From positions 112,778,001-112,842,000 of the forward strand of contig OZ024740.1 in the NCBI GenBank assembly GCA_964016885.1: a stretch of 64,000 nucleotides of DNA. Reading direction: 5' to 3'. Position numbers and translations under genes: made by a program. The first letter of the stretch is position 1. Every line of letters starts with the position of its first letter. The notes below the pieces were generated by a model. That model was not told where the DNA came from. It saw nothing but the letters and a program-made list of their open reading frames with translations, and did not search any database. Origin of the DNA: Eledone cirrhosa (lineage: Eukaryota). This document shows, one piece after another, positions 27,011 to 41,700 of the stretch.

Positions 27011-27448
27011 TTTGATAAACAAATAATCCTTGAAAATCTGCTCAATATTTCTAGTTCACAAATTTCAGCCAGCTTCTGGCCTCAAGATCATTTCTATATA
27101 TTTTTCTTATGTATAAATTACATAAATTAAAATAAACACAAACATGTTTACTTTCGTTCTATTTTTATAAAAGGAACGGAATGTGAAAATATCAAAATAT
27201 ATGTATGTATGTATGTATGTATCTATGTATGTAATTGTGTGTATGTATGTATGTGAGTATATATGTATGTATATGAGTATGTGTGCATGTCTATATGTAT
27301 GTGTCAATGTATGTATGTATGTATGTATGTATGTATGTATGCATGCATGTGAGCAGGTATGTATGTATGTATGTATGTATGTATGTATGTATGTATGTAT
27401 GTATGTGAGTATGTATGTATGTGAATATGTATGTATGTATGTATGTAT

Positions 27449-27657
27449 CTCTCTGCACTTGTCGTCACATGAAACCAAGGGCCCAGCACTATGTGTCAAT
27501 AATTGTCACAAGTGTAGTGTTTGTACCAGAGTTTTCAAGTCGCTGGCTGGACTAAAAAGTCACACTCGTTCAGCGCTTCGATAGGGGTTCTCCAGATGGA
27601 TAAAAAGTAGTGGCCATACTCGAAAACGAGTTGGCAGCCACCATCTATGTATGTATG
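27449..27657 (+). mobile_element. 5'-truncated RTE-like element 3' end following (ATGT)n
   Basis: Matches about 748-945 and encodes HKCSVCTRVFKSLAGLKSH. Confidence 0.75.
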
Positions 27658-28740
27658 TTGCCACTACTTGCAACCGCATGAATTAACCGATGAAATGTTA
27701 CGTTCTTTCGTTCGCTTTCTCCCTCTCTGTCTCTCTTTCTCTCCCTCTCTCCCTCTCCCCCCTTTCTCTTGAATGTTGCCTCATGGTCTCAACGGACAGA
27801 ATTGTAAATACGTCACCCCGGAGGATAGCGAAGCAGATCCGTTGAAAGAGTCAGTATAATTTGTGAGGCTCATTCGCTCATTTTCATTCCAAGATTGATT
27901 TCTTCAAAAAAATTCAAAACGCCACTAAAGAATTATATTGAACAAAAAAGTAAAATATTTTGGATGCAAAACAACCTTGAGTGAAGAAAATATTGCTTTT
28001 TTTTTTACAAAGACATGAACATTTTAAAGGTAGATTTTACAAAATATTTTCCACAAGTCAGAAATGTATTCTCAATACGCATGTCACATCCTAGCCCGGA
28101 AGGAAGTCAGCTGCAGCTTTCATTTTTATTTTCCAAAGCAAACTGGGTATGTTCTCATCAATATTTTCTTCGCCAATTTTATATACAATTCTTGTTGAAT
28201 GATGAAAGTTTAGTTTTCTTCTTCTTCTTCTTCTTTTTCTTTTTCTCTTTTTTTTTTTCTTTTTCCTCTTTTTCCTCTTTTTCTTTTTCTTCTTTTTCTT
28301 CTTTTTCTTCTTGCTACATCCACATCCACAAAGCCACCATGCTGCCAATAAGGAAGCCAGAAGGAAAACTGTGTTCATTGAATTTCAAATATTTCTCACC
28401 GCCAGAATTAGCTTTCAGATTGTGTTGACAACGTCATCAACACCGACGAAAATATTTAATTGCCCCCCCCCCCAAGTAAAACATATAAATAAATAAAGGA
28501 AAGAAAGGGAAAAGAGAACATGTGACCAAAGTTTTAAATCCTTCGATTGTCAATAGGGGAGCTACTTGTTCATATTTGTTTCATTTCTTTTATATTTATA
28601 ATTATTTAATTTAATTTTTTTTTGTTTTTACCTGTTGGAATGTATGTTGACGTGTATTGCCCAATAGTGCGCATGTCAATCTTGACAAAAACTTAAAAAA
28701 TTACCAGCAATTCCGAATATTTATAATTTATATATATATA

Positions 28741-28876
28741 TATATTTATTAAAATAACATTAAAGTTTAAGCAAATAATCGCTGCTTTCACCCGTAACGG
28801 GATCTTCAGAAGATCCCGTTAAGTGTGGAAGCAGCGATTCTTTGCTTAAACTTTAATCTGTTATTTTAATAAATAT
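28741..28876. repeat. Imperfect palindrome (about 65-bp arms) in (TA)n
   Basis: ATTTATTAAAATAACA..AACGGGATCTTC A GAAGATCCCGTT..TGTTATTTTAATAAAT. Confidence 0.85.
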
Positions 28877-29061
28877 TTGCTCTACGGTTCTTATATATTT
28901 GATATATATTTATCCTTATCGAGCCCTCTTTGGATTTTAGTCTTCAAATTTATTATTATTACTATATATATATATATCAAGGGCGGTGCCCCAGCATGGC
29001 CTCAGCCGGATGGCTGAAACAGGTAAAAGAATAAAAGAATATATATATATGTCCTACGCCA

Positions 29062-29330
29062 GAAAAGAAACCCCAGTCATGAAGAGGTCACATAATGTGT
29101 GACGAAAGAACTTTGACAATATATGAACAACCGTCCGGTTGTGGAACCAACAAACCAACCGGAAATTTATAAATTCTTAAATTTATAAATTTAATTTATA
29201 ATAAATTGGAGTGAAAGCAACTGGTGCGTTTGTTTCTTATTGGCAACATGACCCTCCCAAAGTATAACAATATCGGTTTCAACACACGTTTTCAGATAAA
29301 GAATCTTGCTAAACAAATTCAGAAACGAAA
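29062..29330 (+). mobile_element. Second copy of the hammerhead-bearing pLTR-like repeat at 15290-15512, core mutated
   Basis: Homologous from CCCCAGTCA to CCCTCCCAAAGTATAACAA. The C of CTGAAGA is lost. Confidence 0.8.
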
Positions 29331-29414
29331 TATATATATATAAGTATGTATACGGACATACATATCAGCCGTACTAAGAGTGAGAAATGAAATTGCGTTT
29401 CATTCTTTTCCATT

Positions 29415-29506
<92 letters not shown>

Positions 29507-30296
29507 ATTTGAACTTTCGAAGCATTGAGATAGAAAATTTAGGAAAACTCAAAAGCAGTAAAACAAATATATATATTGTAAATATGCATTAACACAAAAC
29601 AGTTTATTTTGTTTATTTGTGTTGTGTATGGATCCACTCTATACATTTTAAACTGTTTATTTTGACTCATAAATCCCAAATTGATGATTCTTCAGTCGCC
29701 TTCGTTTGAATATCTTCACTGTTGATGAGATGGTCATGTCAAGAGTAAATATTGGCCTGAAGAAATTAAACAAATCTGTTTTTTTTTTTTTATTCAAAAT
29801 ATTTATCCGTTTATCCCTTGTAATTATTTTCCTTACATATAAACACTCCACGTTTGATGGAAAGCGGTTGTTTGAATTATGTAAAAACATAATAGGAACA
29901 GATAATGCAACCCGCCTCACCACACACAAAAAAATCAATAAAGAAATACAAAAGAAAAAAACACTGGAAAAACGGCAACAACAACATCAACGACAGAAAA
30001 GTAATCACACTACTATATTTAAAAAAATATATATCTCTTCATGAATAAAACAAATATTGTGAAAGAACCTTCTCAATTTCTTCCCTTGAAATAATAGCAG
30101 ACAATACGTTTTATTTTAAGCCAGCGGGGAATGATTCTTTCTTGAAAAAGCAATTACTCGGAATTACTCAGAGAAAATGAAAATTTGGAACAATTTTCTG
30201 TCATCAAAAGTTTGTGAGTTAACGACATTTTCAAATTTTTTTCTTGTGTATGTATGTATGTATGTATGTATGTATGTATGTATGTATGTATACTGT

Positions 30297-31105
30297 CAGG
30301 TCACCAATTGGTGCTACTGGTAAAATGTATCCCAGTACAACCTGTCCCATGGTCGGGTCGTTGGCGACTAAACTGGCAACCCCACCAAGGTTTCTTGGTG
30401 AGGAGGGTGACTTTGGACATCCTGCAGGACTAAAAACAAAACTTGTCAAAGGGCAAAGGAGCTCTTAAGAGTCAATGGCCATCCAAAATTACCGGGAGAG
30501 ATGATCCCTTAGCCTTTGTCAAGGCAGAATTCTAGGAGAAGGAAAACTCTGATATAACACCTGCAACCCTGATGGTATCCAATGATGTTTACTTGTTCTT
30601 CTTTTTGGTAAATATCATATTGGTTAAGAGAGTGGGACTGGCTTTGTGCAGTGCCTTTGCTCACTATAAAAGCTTCACGGCACAGGCATTGCTTTATATC
30701 TGGAGATCTCTCTGCACTTGTCGTCAGATGGTACCATGGGCCCAGCACTATGTGTCAATAATTGTCACAAGTGTAGTGTTTGTACCAGAGTTTTCAAGAC
30801 GCTGGCTGGACTAAAAGGTCACACTCGTTCAGCGCATCGGTAGGGGTTCTCCTACATGGATATAAAGTAATGGCCGTACTCGAAAACGAGTTGGCAGCCA
30901 TCATGTATGTATGTATGTATGTATGTATGTATGTATGTATGTATGTATGTATGTATGTATGCATGTATGTATGCATATATGTATGTAACTATCTATGTAT
31001 GTATGTATGTAACTATGTATGTATATATGTATGCATGTATGTATGCATCTATGTATGTATGTATGACCGTATGCATGTATGTATGCATGTATGTATGTAT
31101 GTATT
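30297..31105 (+). mobile_element. Bipartite RTE-like non-autonomous element with (ATGT)n tail
   Basis: Near-identical to 339-945 and preceded by (ATGT)n. Confidence 0.75.
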
Positions 31106-31834
31106 TATGTCTTTGTCAGGGCATTCTTCTAGGAGAAGGCATCTCAGGAAACTGGCATAACTCCGATATAAAACCTGCGGCTCAGTAGATGATGTTGATC
31201 TTTTCTTCTTTTCGGGTTATAGCTACTGTCGCTCAGATAGTGGGATTGGCTCAGTGCACAGTCTTTCCTCACTTTAAAAATATCTTCACGCAAATGCATT
31301 GCACGATGGAATTAATTAATAATTATTAATAATGGTATATCGTGCAATGGTCATACTCGATAACGAGAGGGCAGCCATCATGTATTTATGTATGTATTTA
31401 TGATGTATGTATGTATGTATTTATATATGTATCAATGTATGTATGTGTTTATGTCTGTCTGTCTACATGTATGTATGTATTCTACTTTAGGTACAATTTT
31501 GGGGTGGGTAAAGTCGATCAAATCGATCCAAGTCCGTGACTGGTACGTACTTTATTTCATGGACTCCGTATGGATGAAAGGCAAATTTAACCTCTGCAGA
31601 ATTTGAACTCAGAGTACAAAGGGACGGCAAATCTTGGTGTCCGATGCTTTATGTAGATCTCTGCCGGGGACTAACCATAGTTAAAAAAAGTACTCAATCC
31701 GTTGGTAATATAAGCGTCTTTATTATATATAGAAATAACGTCTACATGACTAGAATTGTTTCATTCGTATGACATCATCAGTAATGTCCTGATGATATCA
31801 TACGAATTAAACATTTCTAGTCCCGTATAAGTCA

Positions 31835-32341
<507 letters not shown>

Positions 32342-32344
32342 AAT

Positions 32345-32562
32345 AGGAACGATCGACTTTCGTCAAATCGGACCGAGGGAACAATGTTTCCGTTGGTCTT
32401 TCCAATTGCTAATACTATCTATCGGTCGCAACTCCAGGTAGAAGGAGCAACGTGAAATAAAGTGTCTTGCTCAAGGACATAACGCATCGCCTGGTCCAGG
32501 AATCGAACTCACAACCTTACGATTGCGAATCCAATTCTCTAACCACTCAGCCACACGCCTTC
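32345..32562 (-). mobile_element. Second tRNA-derived SINE family
   Basis: Minus strand TGGCTGAGTGGTTAGA..GAGTTCGATTCC..CCTTGAGCAAGACACTTTA. Relatives at 35680-35900 (+) and 38221-38370 (+). Confidence 0.8.
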
Positions 32563-32564
32563 AC

Positions 32565-32809
<245 letters not shown>

Positions 32810-34073
32810 ACACATACAGCAGCAGAAAATGCACATAGTAAAACAGTTATTACATAAGGCGACTATATCTCTACATCATCAACCCCGTACTTGCGTGCGA
32901 TTTCACGTATTAAAATGGGATTGAACATTTAGATCCGGTTTGCGTGACAGATTGGAAAGATGCATACAAAACAATATCAAAGAACGGAGAGGAACATTTA
33001 CTGGAGTCTTTCCTTCAAAACAGGTATAATTACAAAAATAAATACACAGCAGACAGTGTGAAATGTGCAGTACGTCTACCCTGAAAAGATGGAGAAATGT
33101 AGGCTTACGTCAATGAAATGGGTTTGGTGGAACGTAAAACAATTAAATCTGCTCCCAACCGAATCTAAGTGGTAGGTGGAAGAAGATGGGCAGGAAGAAG
33201 ACGAAAGACAAGGAGACAGTAGAAAAGGGAGAAAGAGAGAGTGGGAGGGGGAAGAAAAACAGGAAGAGAACAATGAATAAATAAATAATAAAGATAGCAT
33301 TTTATCAACACAAAGCATGTAGACTTTTTCTATGTAGAATTAGAAAAACAGTTACATAAGACGACAGACAACTGCATCTCTACCTCACCAGCCATCTGCT
33401 GCCGTGCAAATTCACGCTTTGAGGTGTGGCAATTAAAGGAGAAAGTTCAAGGCCTTATTTATACAAATGATACCCAGAGACGTCTCTACCCCAATGAAAT
33501 GTTTAGGATATTACAAGGTTTACCGTCTCCGAACAATAATTTGAACTCAAAGAATGAAATATTTATTTCTTCACCTTAAAGCCCAACTCCTTTTTCAACC
33601 ACCTTTATATTGATTTATATACTTTCTTAATATCTTTTCTTTTTCTTTTTCTTTTGCCATACTTACATAATACAGTACACCTTCTATACTACTCAAATCC
33701 ATTGCCTAATAAATACTAACATCTTTATATTACATACCACCACATAATATCATACATCTGCTATTGCACTCACACTAACATGTGAACAGCTACTTCCCCA
33801 TTTCACATTTGCATCTTTGAGTTATTTCCCTTTATTATACTAAGTTTTCATAAACAAGTTTTCAACATGCTATGTTTTTAACGGCATCTTTTAATATGTT
33901 CAAGCGCCTAAAGGATAGGCCAGAAATTGGTCCCTTTTACGATCTGGATAGATGGTCAATATTGGGTCTTGAAACCTTAGGTAGCGCTTTTGTTCTGTGT
34001 ATGAACATAAATAAATAATATTTCATATATATAATATATATCTTCACACACACACACACGCACACGCACGCAT

Positions 34074-34190
<117 letters not shown>

Positions 34191-34204
34191 TTCATATACA
34201 TATA

Positions 34205-34269
<65 letters not shown>

Positions 34270-34755
34270 TATACCAAGTGTGTGAGAGAGACAAAATGAA
34301 ACAGTGAAGTAGAGGAAAAGAAAGAGAGAGAGGGGGGGGGGAGAAATTGATATATAGGCGGTCTTATACCGAAGGAATCATGTTAAATCGCTTACTGTCA
34401 TTAAAGTGATAAATATTATCAGTATTAAACAGTAATCAAAGTATATATACATAAATAAAAAGGAAATTTATAGCCAAATAATTATTATTCATTAATCCGC
34501 TTCAATATATTCAGAAACGATAATCAAACGACGGCTGACATTTTGTAGTTTTATTAATCATCTGGCAATCGTCTTGGCACTACTCTTCGTTTATGAGATA
34601 AAAATATAGCCCAAACATGATTCATCTGATCAAACGCTTTTTATTTACTAAACCAAATTCTGGTTGTTATTTGGCCCTAGGTCAATTCTGAGGAGGCAGT
34701 GAAATTGAGAGAGGGATAGAGGCAGAAAGAGAGAGAGAGAGGGGGCGAGAGAGTG

Positions 34756-34817
<62 letters not shown>

Positions 34818-34858
34818 AGTGAGTGAGTGAGTGAGTGTGTGTGTGTGTGTGTGTGTGT

Positions 34859-34893
<35 letters not shown>

Positions 34894-35679
34894 TGAGAGA
34901 GAGAGAAAGAGAAAGAGACGCTCACCACTTTTTCCCTCCAGCTTTCTGAGCCTCTGAAATCAAATCCCACCATTGCCACTTTGTCTTTGTTCTCTCCATA
35001 GCAAGAGTTTAGTGGAATCGTTAGAGAGTCGGATCACATGCCTCGCATTATTTTTACTGACTTTCTATGTTCTGAATTCAAATCCCACAGAATTTAACTT
35101 TTTCTTTCATACTTTCGGAGAGTCAATAGAATAAGGTACCGCATTTGCGGAATTTTTAAAGCGTTCCATGAGATCCTTTGTGGTGTTTGTTCTGACCCTT
35201 TGCATTTAGAGGTCAAATTTCACTGTGGCCTACTTGAGTGGTAGATTTAATCCATCCCTTGGTTTAATACCTTTAGTCGTGTCCAATCTGTGATAAGGTT
35301 CTGGACACTCCTCTTGCCTACCCGAATGAAAAAATATTAAGGATTTATGATGGAAGGCATTCCAAGCATGAATTGGTGTGCGTAGTCATAGATGTCTGGT
35401 TAAAAGATCGCTTCGCACTTACATGTTTCCAAGTTCAATTCCAGTGCATGATCTCTGCCATAGCTTCAGCTACACCAATGCCTTGGGAGCAGAATTTGCT
35501 AGATAAAAAGTATGTACATCTTATATATGTGCCTGCATCTCTCTCTATATATGTTTGAAATCTGAAATGTCTTTCAACTTTCAAATTGTTTTCAATTATT
35601 CTCCATCAAACTCTCCTTTTACTCTTTTAGCTATAGGTTTAACATCTTCTGAAAAGTCATAGTTGTTGGCCAGCAGCTC

Positions 35680-35900
35680 TTTAGCGTAGTCGTTAACGCC
35701 CTCACTCGACATCTAAACGATTTGGGGTTCAATTACTTACAGATTCCTGGACCGGGTGATGCGTTATGTCCTTGAGCAAGACACTTTATTCGACGTTGCT
35801 CCTTCTACCTGGAGTTGCGACCGATAGATAGTATTAGCAACTGGAAAGACCGACTAAAACATTGTTTCCTCGGTCCGATTTGACGAAAGTCGATCGATTG
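35680..35900 (+). mobile_element. tRNA-derived SINE (second family)
   Basis: Reverse-complement match to 32345-32510. Confidence 0.75.
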
Positions 35901-35931
35901 AAAAATATATATATATATATATATATATATA

Positions 35932-35970
<39 letters not shown>

Positions 35971-36056
35971 AAAGGTAAACAGAAATAACAACACAATCGG
36001 TACAGTATATGAAGGGATATATTAGGTTAACGCTTGATATAGCAGGAAGGGGGGGG

Positions 36057-36094
36057 GTCTTAACGTTTCGGATGTTAGTCGCTTCATCAGAAGA
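36057..36094 (-). ncRNA. Degenerate hammerhead-like motif in PLE pLTR remnant
   Basis: Minus strand TCTT CTGATGA agcgactaacatcc GAAACGTT AAGA. Stem II is broken. Confidence 0.5.
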
Positions 36095-36786
36095 AAGAAT
36101 GAGAAATAATATAGATTGAGGGGACGGGTGGGTTGGAATTGGAAAAAATGTCTTTAGATAAAAATAACGGGTCCATTCATGTTGACATCTCTTGCAAAAC
36201 TGTTGGTGCTGGCGTTTCGTGTATGATTTGTTTTTTTAGAAAAGTGGATGATGGAGCGCGTCTACTTAAAATGGAAAAAAAACCGTTTTGTAAAAAGAGC
36301 TATACTTGAGCACGTGAGTAAGCATGTGTGTGTGTGTGTGGTGTGTGTGTGTGTGTTATTATACGTCCGTACGAAGCTAAGAAGAAATGTGGTTGTATAT
36401 GTGAATAAAAGAGTGTGTGTGTGTGTGCATGTAAGTACGAAGCTATGAGCAAAAGTATGTTAATATAAGGGTGTGTATGTGTGTATACAGAGCAGTGAAT
36501 GGAAAAGTAGAGTGAGCATATATAGTCGGCATGTATTAGTTTTAAGAGAAGATGTTAATGATCAAGAGAAAGCGATAGCAATCTAGGGGTGTGATAATGG
36601 ACAGGATATATATATATGGTATTAGGATTGATGCCTTTAAATAGCGATGTATACATGAATGTATGTATAGTATATTTGGCAATATACCGTATGTTTAATT
36701 AAAAACATTTTGAAGACCTTGAGCTATCATTTTTAAAGTAGTGAATATGTCACTTACTTCTTTTTTTCGGCAAAAGAAGGGAGAGA

Positions 36787-36827
36787 AGCTGACAGTCTGT
36801 TTCACACTGTTGGTGATCATCAGAGCT
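36787..36827 (-). ncRNA. Minimal type I hammerhead ribozyme
   Basis: Minus strand AGCT CTGATGA T CAC caaca GTG T GAAA CAG A CTG TC AGCT. Confidence 0.7.
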
Positions 36828-38220
36828 ATAGAAGCTGGATTCTTATAGAATTCCAGTAAAAATCAGGAGCTGATTATATTAAATTTTTTATTATGACTGA
36901 GTGATGAGTTTTGTTACTCTGGAGTATCACCTGTGTACTCCTAGGATCACCAGACAAGATTATATATATATATAGTAGTTAAGAGAAAATAGAAAGACTG
37001 TCATTTAAAGGTCTTCAACCTAGTTGGGTAAAAATTGCAATATTTTCTTTTGTTACTCCCATATATTTTCTATAAGGATTAGAAACCTGAAAGATAGTCT
37101 AGAATTCTAAATATACAGGGTAAGATATAAGAAACCAGGGAGTCCAATATTTACATTCCAAATTATGTTTACTAAAATTCTGCTCATACAGTACGTGAAA
37201 AAAAACCCAGTTAAAGACCATAATTAAAGTAAGTGTTGGAAAAGCTGTCCCCGTTGCTCAATATTCTGTGAACCTTGCAACAAAAATGCATTGACTGCCC
37301 GGTTACTTATGACTCATCCTATATATTAATCTCGAGAATTAATATTCTATTCATAGTTTTACTTCAACAAAAATCGATTTTCTTTCTCTAGATGTTTCAC
37401 ATTTCAACTTTTCCTTCACAAAACATGTAATATATTTCATCCATCGACACACATGTACACACACGTACACACACGCGTGCATGCACGCACACAGATATAT
37501 ACACTCACATACACACACGTACACACGCTCTCGCTTGCTCCTTTTCTCCCTGTTCCTGTCTCTCCTAATGGATAATATTGGGAAATGTCCATACATATTC
37601 TTCTTCATTTTCTTTGATGAGTGTAAATTGGCCGAATCATTTGAGTATCGGGCAGAATGCATTTGCGGAGTTAATTCCTGAAACTTGTGTTCTTAGTTCA
37701 AGCCCTGTCGGTATAAATGCCTTCTTTCATTCTTCTAGGGACGATAAATATATACCTATCTAAGGTGTTGTATTGGTAATTTCATAAGAGTTTTGGGTGG
37801 AATTCTTTGCAATATTTGTTCCCGTTATTTGTGATGAAAGTTTAAAACTTTAATATCCCGTGATTAAAATGTTTAGAAAATTTAGGAAATGCAGAAATAA
37901 ATTGTCACTAGCGCATGTACGTTATGCTGATTACACAAGCTAGTTTAGTTAAGTTCTAGTTTGTGTTTGATATAATTGGCATGCGAGTATTAGTCCTCTT
38001 CGTCGACAAAATGATAAGGGTACTTGGTGTCATATGAACTGCTGACAAGCCGTGAAATATGTAAAGACAATTTATTATTTTTTTTGTATCCAAACAAAAT
38101 AAGGGTTTTCCAGTTTGATTACATTTTTAATGCGAGGCTAATGTAATTATACCGACATTGAACGTATTTTGGATTTTCTAATATGTTGTGCCTGAAAACA
38201 CACACACACACACACACACA

Positions 38221-38375
38221 TGGCTTAGTGGTTAGAGTATTGGGCTTGCAATCGAAAGGTTGTGAGTTCAATTCTCGGACCGGGCGATGTGTTGTTTACT
38301 TTAGCAAGACACTTTACTTCACGTTGCTCCAGTTTACTCAGCTGTAGAAATGAGATGATAAGACTGGGGTCCCTA
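38221..38375 (+). mobile_element. tRNA-derived SINE (second family), diverged
   Basis: TGGCTTAGTGGTTAGAG..GAGTTCAATTC..AGCAAGACACTTTACTTCACGTTGCTCC. Confidence 0.7.
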
Positions 38376-38782
38376 TCATTAAATTACCCAAGACACCTCC
38401 AACGAGATATACCTTGGAGGAGGCCAGCTAAACCTGCATAGGTGTGAGCTGTCACACACACACACACACGCACACACACGCGCGCATATATATGTATAAA
38501 TAATAATAATAATAATAATGATTTCATTTATTGGCCACAAGGGCCGACATATAGGGGACAATACAAAAGACTGGGACAGTGGGGTTTTACAGAAAAATCG
38601 AGAAAACAATATGAATAAACAAAGTAACAATAAAGTAACAAGAAAATTACAACAAGAAACCATTCCCCAATAGGGGGGGGATGACCCCCTAGGGTTCGCT
38701 CAGGTATCCCACCAGTCCTGAACGACCCGAGGCTTAGAGAGAACCCTGGAAGGGCACCCCTCTCCTCTTCAAATTTACCTAC

Positions 38783-41700
38783 CTACAGCCGCATGACCAG
38801 AGTAGGCCCACTCACACGGGCCATTCTCGCCACATTCACCCACCTTTCAGCAAATGTACTGGGAGGGGGGGGGGGGGCAGCACTTCTCTCTCCACCCTCA
38901 CCTTCCTTTCCAAGTGAAACTTGAAAAAATTGACGGGGGATTGGCCGAAGAGAAAAGTGTCTGTCTTCAGTCCTTTCAACCTCGTCCACCATACAACCTC
39001 TTTCGCTACTGCCACCAGACAGGAAAATTCCCTGCCCTTCCTGGCCAAAAGAAGGCGGCGGGTCGATCTTCACTATGGACTCGGCCGATAGCCGGATCCG
39101 TTCTACACGCGACAACAGCTGTTTGACATAACTCCACAAGTCAGTAATGCACGGACACTGGACGAGTGCGTGCAGAACGGTTTCGTCGCTCTGCGCGCAT
39201 CTCGGGCAGGTCCGTCTGACAGCACTTCCGTGCCTGTAGAGTTATCTCGAACCGGTAGTGCCCCCCGGTAGCACTGCCAAGCGAGGGATTTTTGGAAATT
39301 ATCCATCGTCCCCGGCTCGAAAGTCTTCCGGTACAGACTGGTTAGTTCAACTTCGTTGACTCCCAGAGCCTCTCCGAGTGCGTCGTCGCACTTGCCCACC
39401 ACTATAGAACTCGAGAGTGGAAGTTCCACTGACCGCATTGCCCGCTTGGTAGAGGGCAGTGAGTGCCTGGCAACATTCCAGATGCCAGTCACCCAGTCTC
39501 GGTCTCTTCTTGACCCAGGACTGCAACTCAGTCAAAGAAACGAGCTGCAGAAAGGCCCGTCTGACAAACGGCGACCACACCTGTTCACCGTTTAGGCAGA
39601 ATATCTGGAGATGCCGCAGCCTCAGCGCGTGCCTGCGCATCATTAGCCACGGCATGCCCAGCCCTCCACGTAGAGGGTGCTGGCAGCAGATGGACCGCCT
39701 CACCAGCGGAACCTGACCCCTCCACAAGAATTTGAAGAGGAGCCGCTCCAAGATGGCGAGGCGCGAACGGGGGCAAGGGACGACAGTCAGACAGTAGTAG
39801 ATGACGGACGCGATGTACGCGTTCGCCACCTCCGCCCGACCTTTCAGTGATAGCTTTCTCCCAGCCCATTTCTGGGTGAGACTGACTACCCTGCCCGTCA
39901 CCTCGTCCCAATTCTTACCCACCTGGAGGTCTGGCCCGAACCAAACCCCTAACAACTTTACCGCTCCGTCCGTCCAGCGCCTAACGACGCTGTTGGACGG
40001 CACGGACTTGCCTCTCCAGGTACCGAGTTGCAAGACCACTGACTTTCCGGGTTAAGTTTTGCTCCCGTCAACCTTTCATATTCCTCCAATAAGTTGCCGA
40101 CCACCTCGATTTCTGAGGTGTCCGACACCATCACGGTGATGTCGTCCGCATAAGCCGACACAGCCTTTCCGCGTCCCGGTTCGAGTGGGATGCCCTGCAA
40201 CAGCTCCAGCTTCCGCAGTAAAGGCTCGAGAGTCAATACGTACAGAAGGGAGGTGAGAGAGCACCCTTGACGGACCGATCGGGGGACCTGAAACGGTTCC
40301 GAGAGGTGACCATTAATTTTGACCACCGAGCAGGTGCCGCTGTGCATTGCAGCGATCTAGCTTCTGAAGACGGGGCCGAAGCCAGCCGCCTTGAGGACAG
40401 CCTCCAGGTACCGATGGTCGACCCTATCGAATGCTTTAGATTGATCTAAATTGATCAGAGCCCCACCGAAGCCAGGTTTACACCCTACCCTCTCTATGAT
40501 GTATCGCATTAGGTGGAGGTTGTCGTGTATGGACCTGGTTGGGATTGCACAAGTTTGCGCCTCCCCAACCAAATCCCCGACGACAAGCGCCAACCTCTTC
40601 GCTAACACCCTGGCCAAAATCTTAAACTCTCTGTTGAGCAGAGTTATGGGCCTGAAATTGTCTAATGTGTCCCTCTTGTTCTCGTCTTTCCTTATCAGCG
40701 TCACTACGCCCCGGCTCACAGAACTGGGAATACTCCCGTTTTGCTGCCAGTTGCAGTAGAGCGCTTCGAGGAGATTGGAGAACAAGTCTGGCATATTTAC
40801 GTAAAGCTCGTAGGGCAGACCATCCAAACCGGGTGACTTGCGCCTCATGCAGCCTACAAGGGCATTCTGAATCTCGGCTGAAGTAATTGGCCTTTCGCAG
40901 CGCCCAGTGTTAGCGTCGAGAGTTGCGGCAAGCCTTCGAGGTAGGGACTGAAGTCCGCCACCATCTCTGACCCGCCACTTCCCCCGAACAACCGAGCAAA
41001 ATGTTGGCGAAAGGCCTCACACATCCTTTTGGAATCGCTCAGAGGAGCCCGTCTCGGTCCGTCAAAGACCGAATCGTGGTTTTATTACCACGCCGCGCCT
41101 CTGCCACGCGGGCCCATCGGACAGCTTTGGTTCCCTCGTTTCTCAGAGCACGCGCCTTAGCTCTGACAATGCAACCTTCGTGTTTCGCATTGAAGAAATG
41201 GTCTAATGCCATTCTCGCCGCTACCACATCAGTTGCAATGCCACTACCAATAGCCTCGTCTAACTTATCTACCAGCTCTCCCTCCTTTCTATTTTTCTCT
41301 AATGCTACTTCTTTGCTAAACTCTATCGACATTACTCTAATCTCTCTTTTGAGAGCCCCCCCACCATCTATTGTTGACGACTCCCCCTGTCAACTTTTTC
41401 TTAACTAAATTGTTGACCTGGTCCCTGTAAGCCTTACGTGCCGGAAATGACATGTTTAGCTTCCAGTAACCAGGTCCTAACCTACGCGTCTTATCTAGGT
41501 CGACCATACAGATCACAAACTTGTGATCTGAATAGGCGACCGTTTCAAAACGTGGACAGCTTACACTATTTCTGTCTATTTTCCTAATGAATATCCTGTC
41601 TATATACGATCTAGATGACCCTATGCGGTTAGCTCAGGTCCACACTGGCGCATTAGGGAAATCTAGTCGGTACCTCTCAGACAGTTGGAACTGGCTGATC

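Noticed and set aside
36752-36830. Apparent minus-strand exon (AG...GTAAGT)
   Set aside because: The same bases fold as a complete hammerhead motif, and there is no supporting neighbouring exon.
37351-37763. Short ORFs resembling a host exon
   Set aside because: They overlap a diverged minus-strand SINE and a (CA)n tract.
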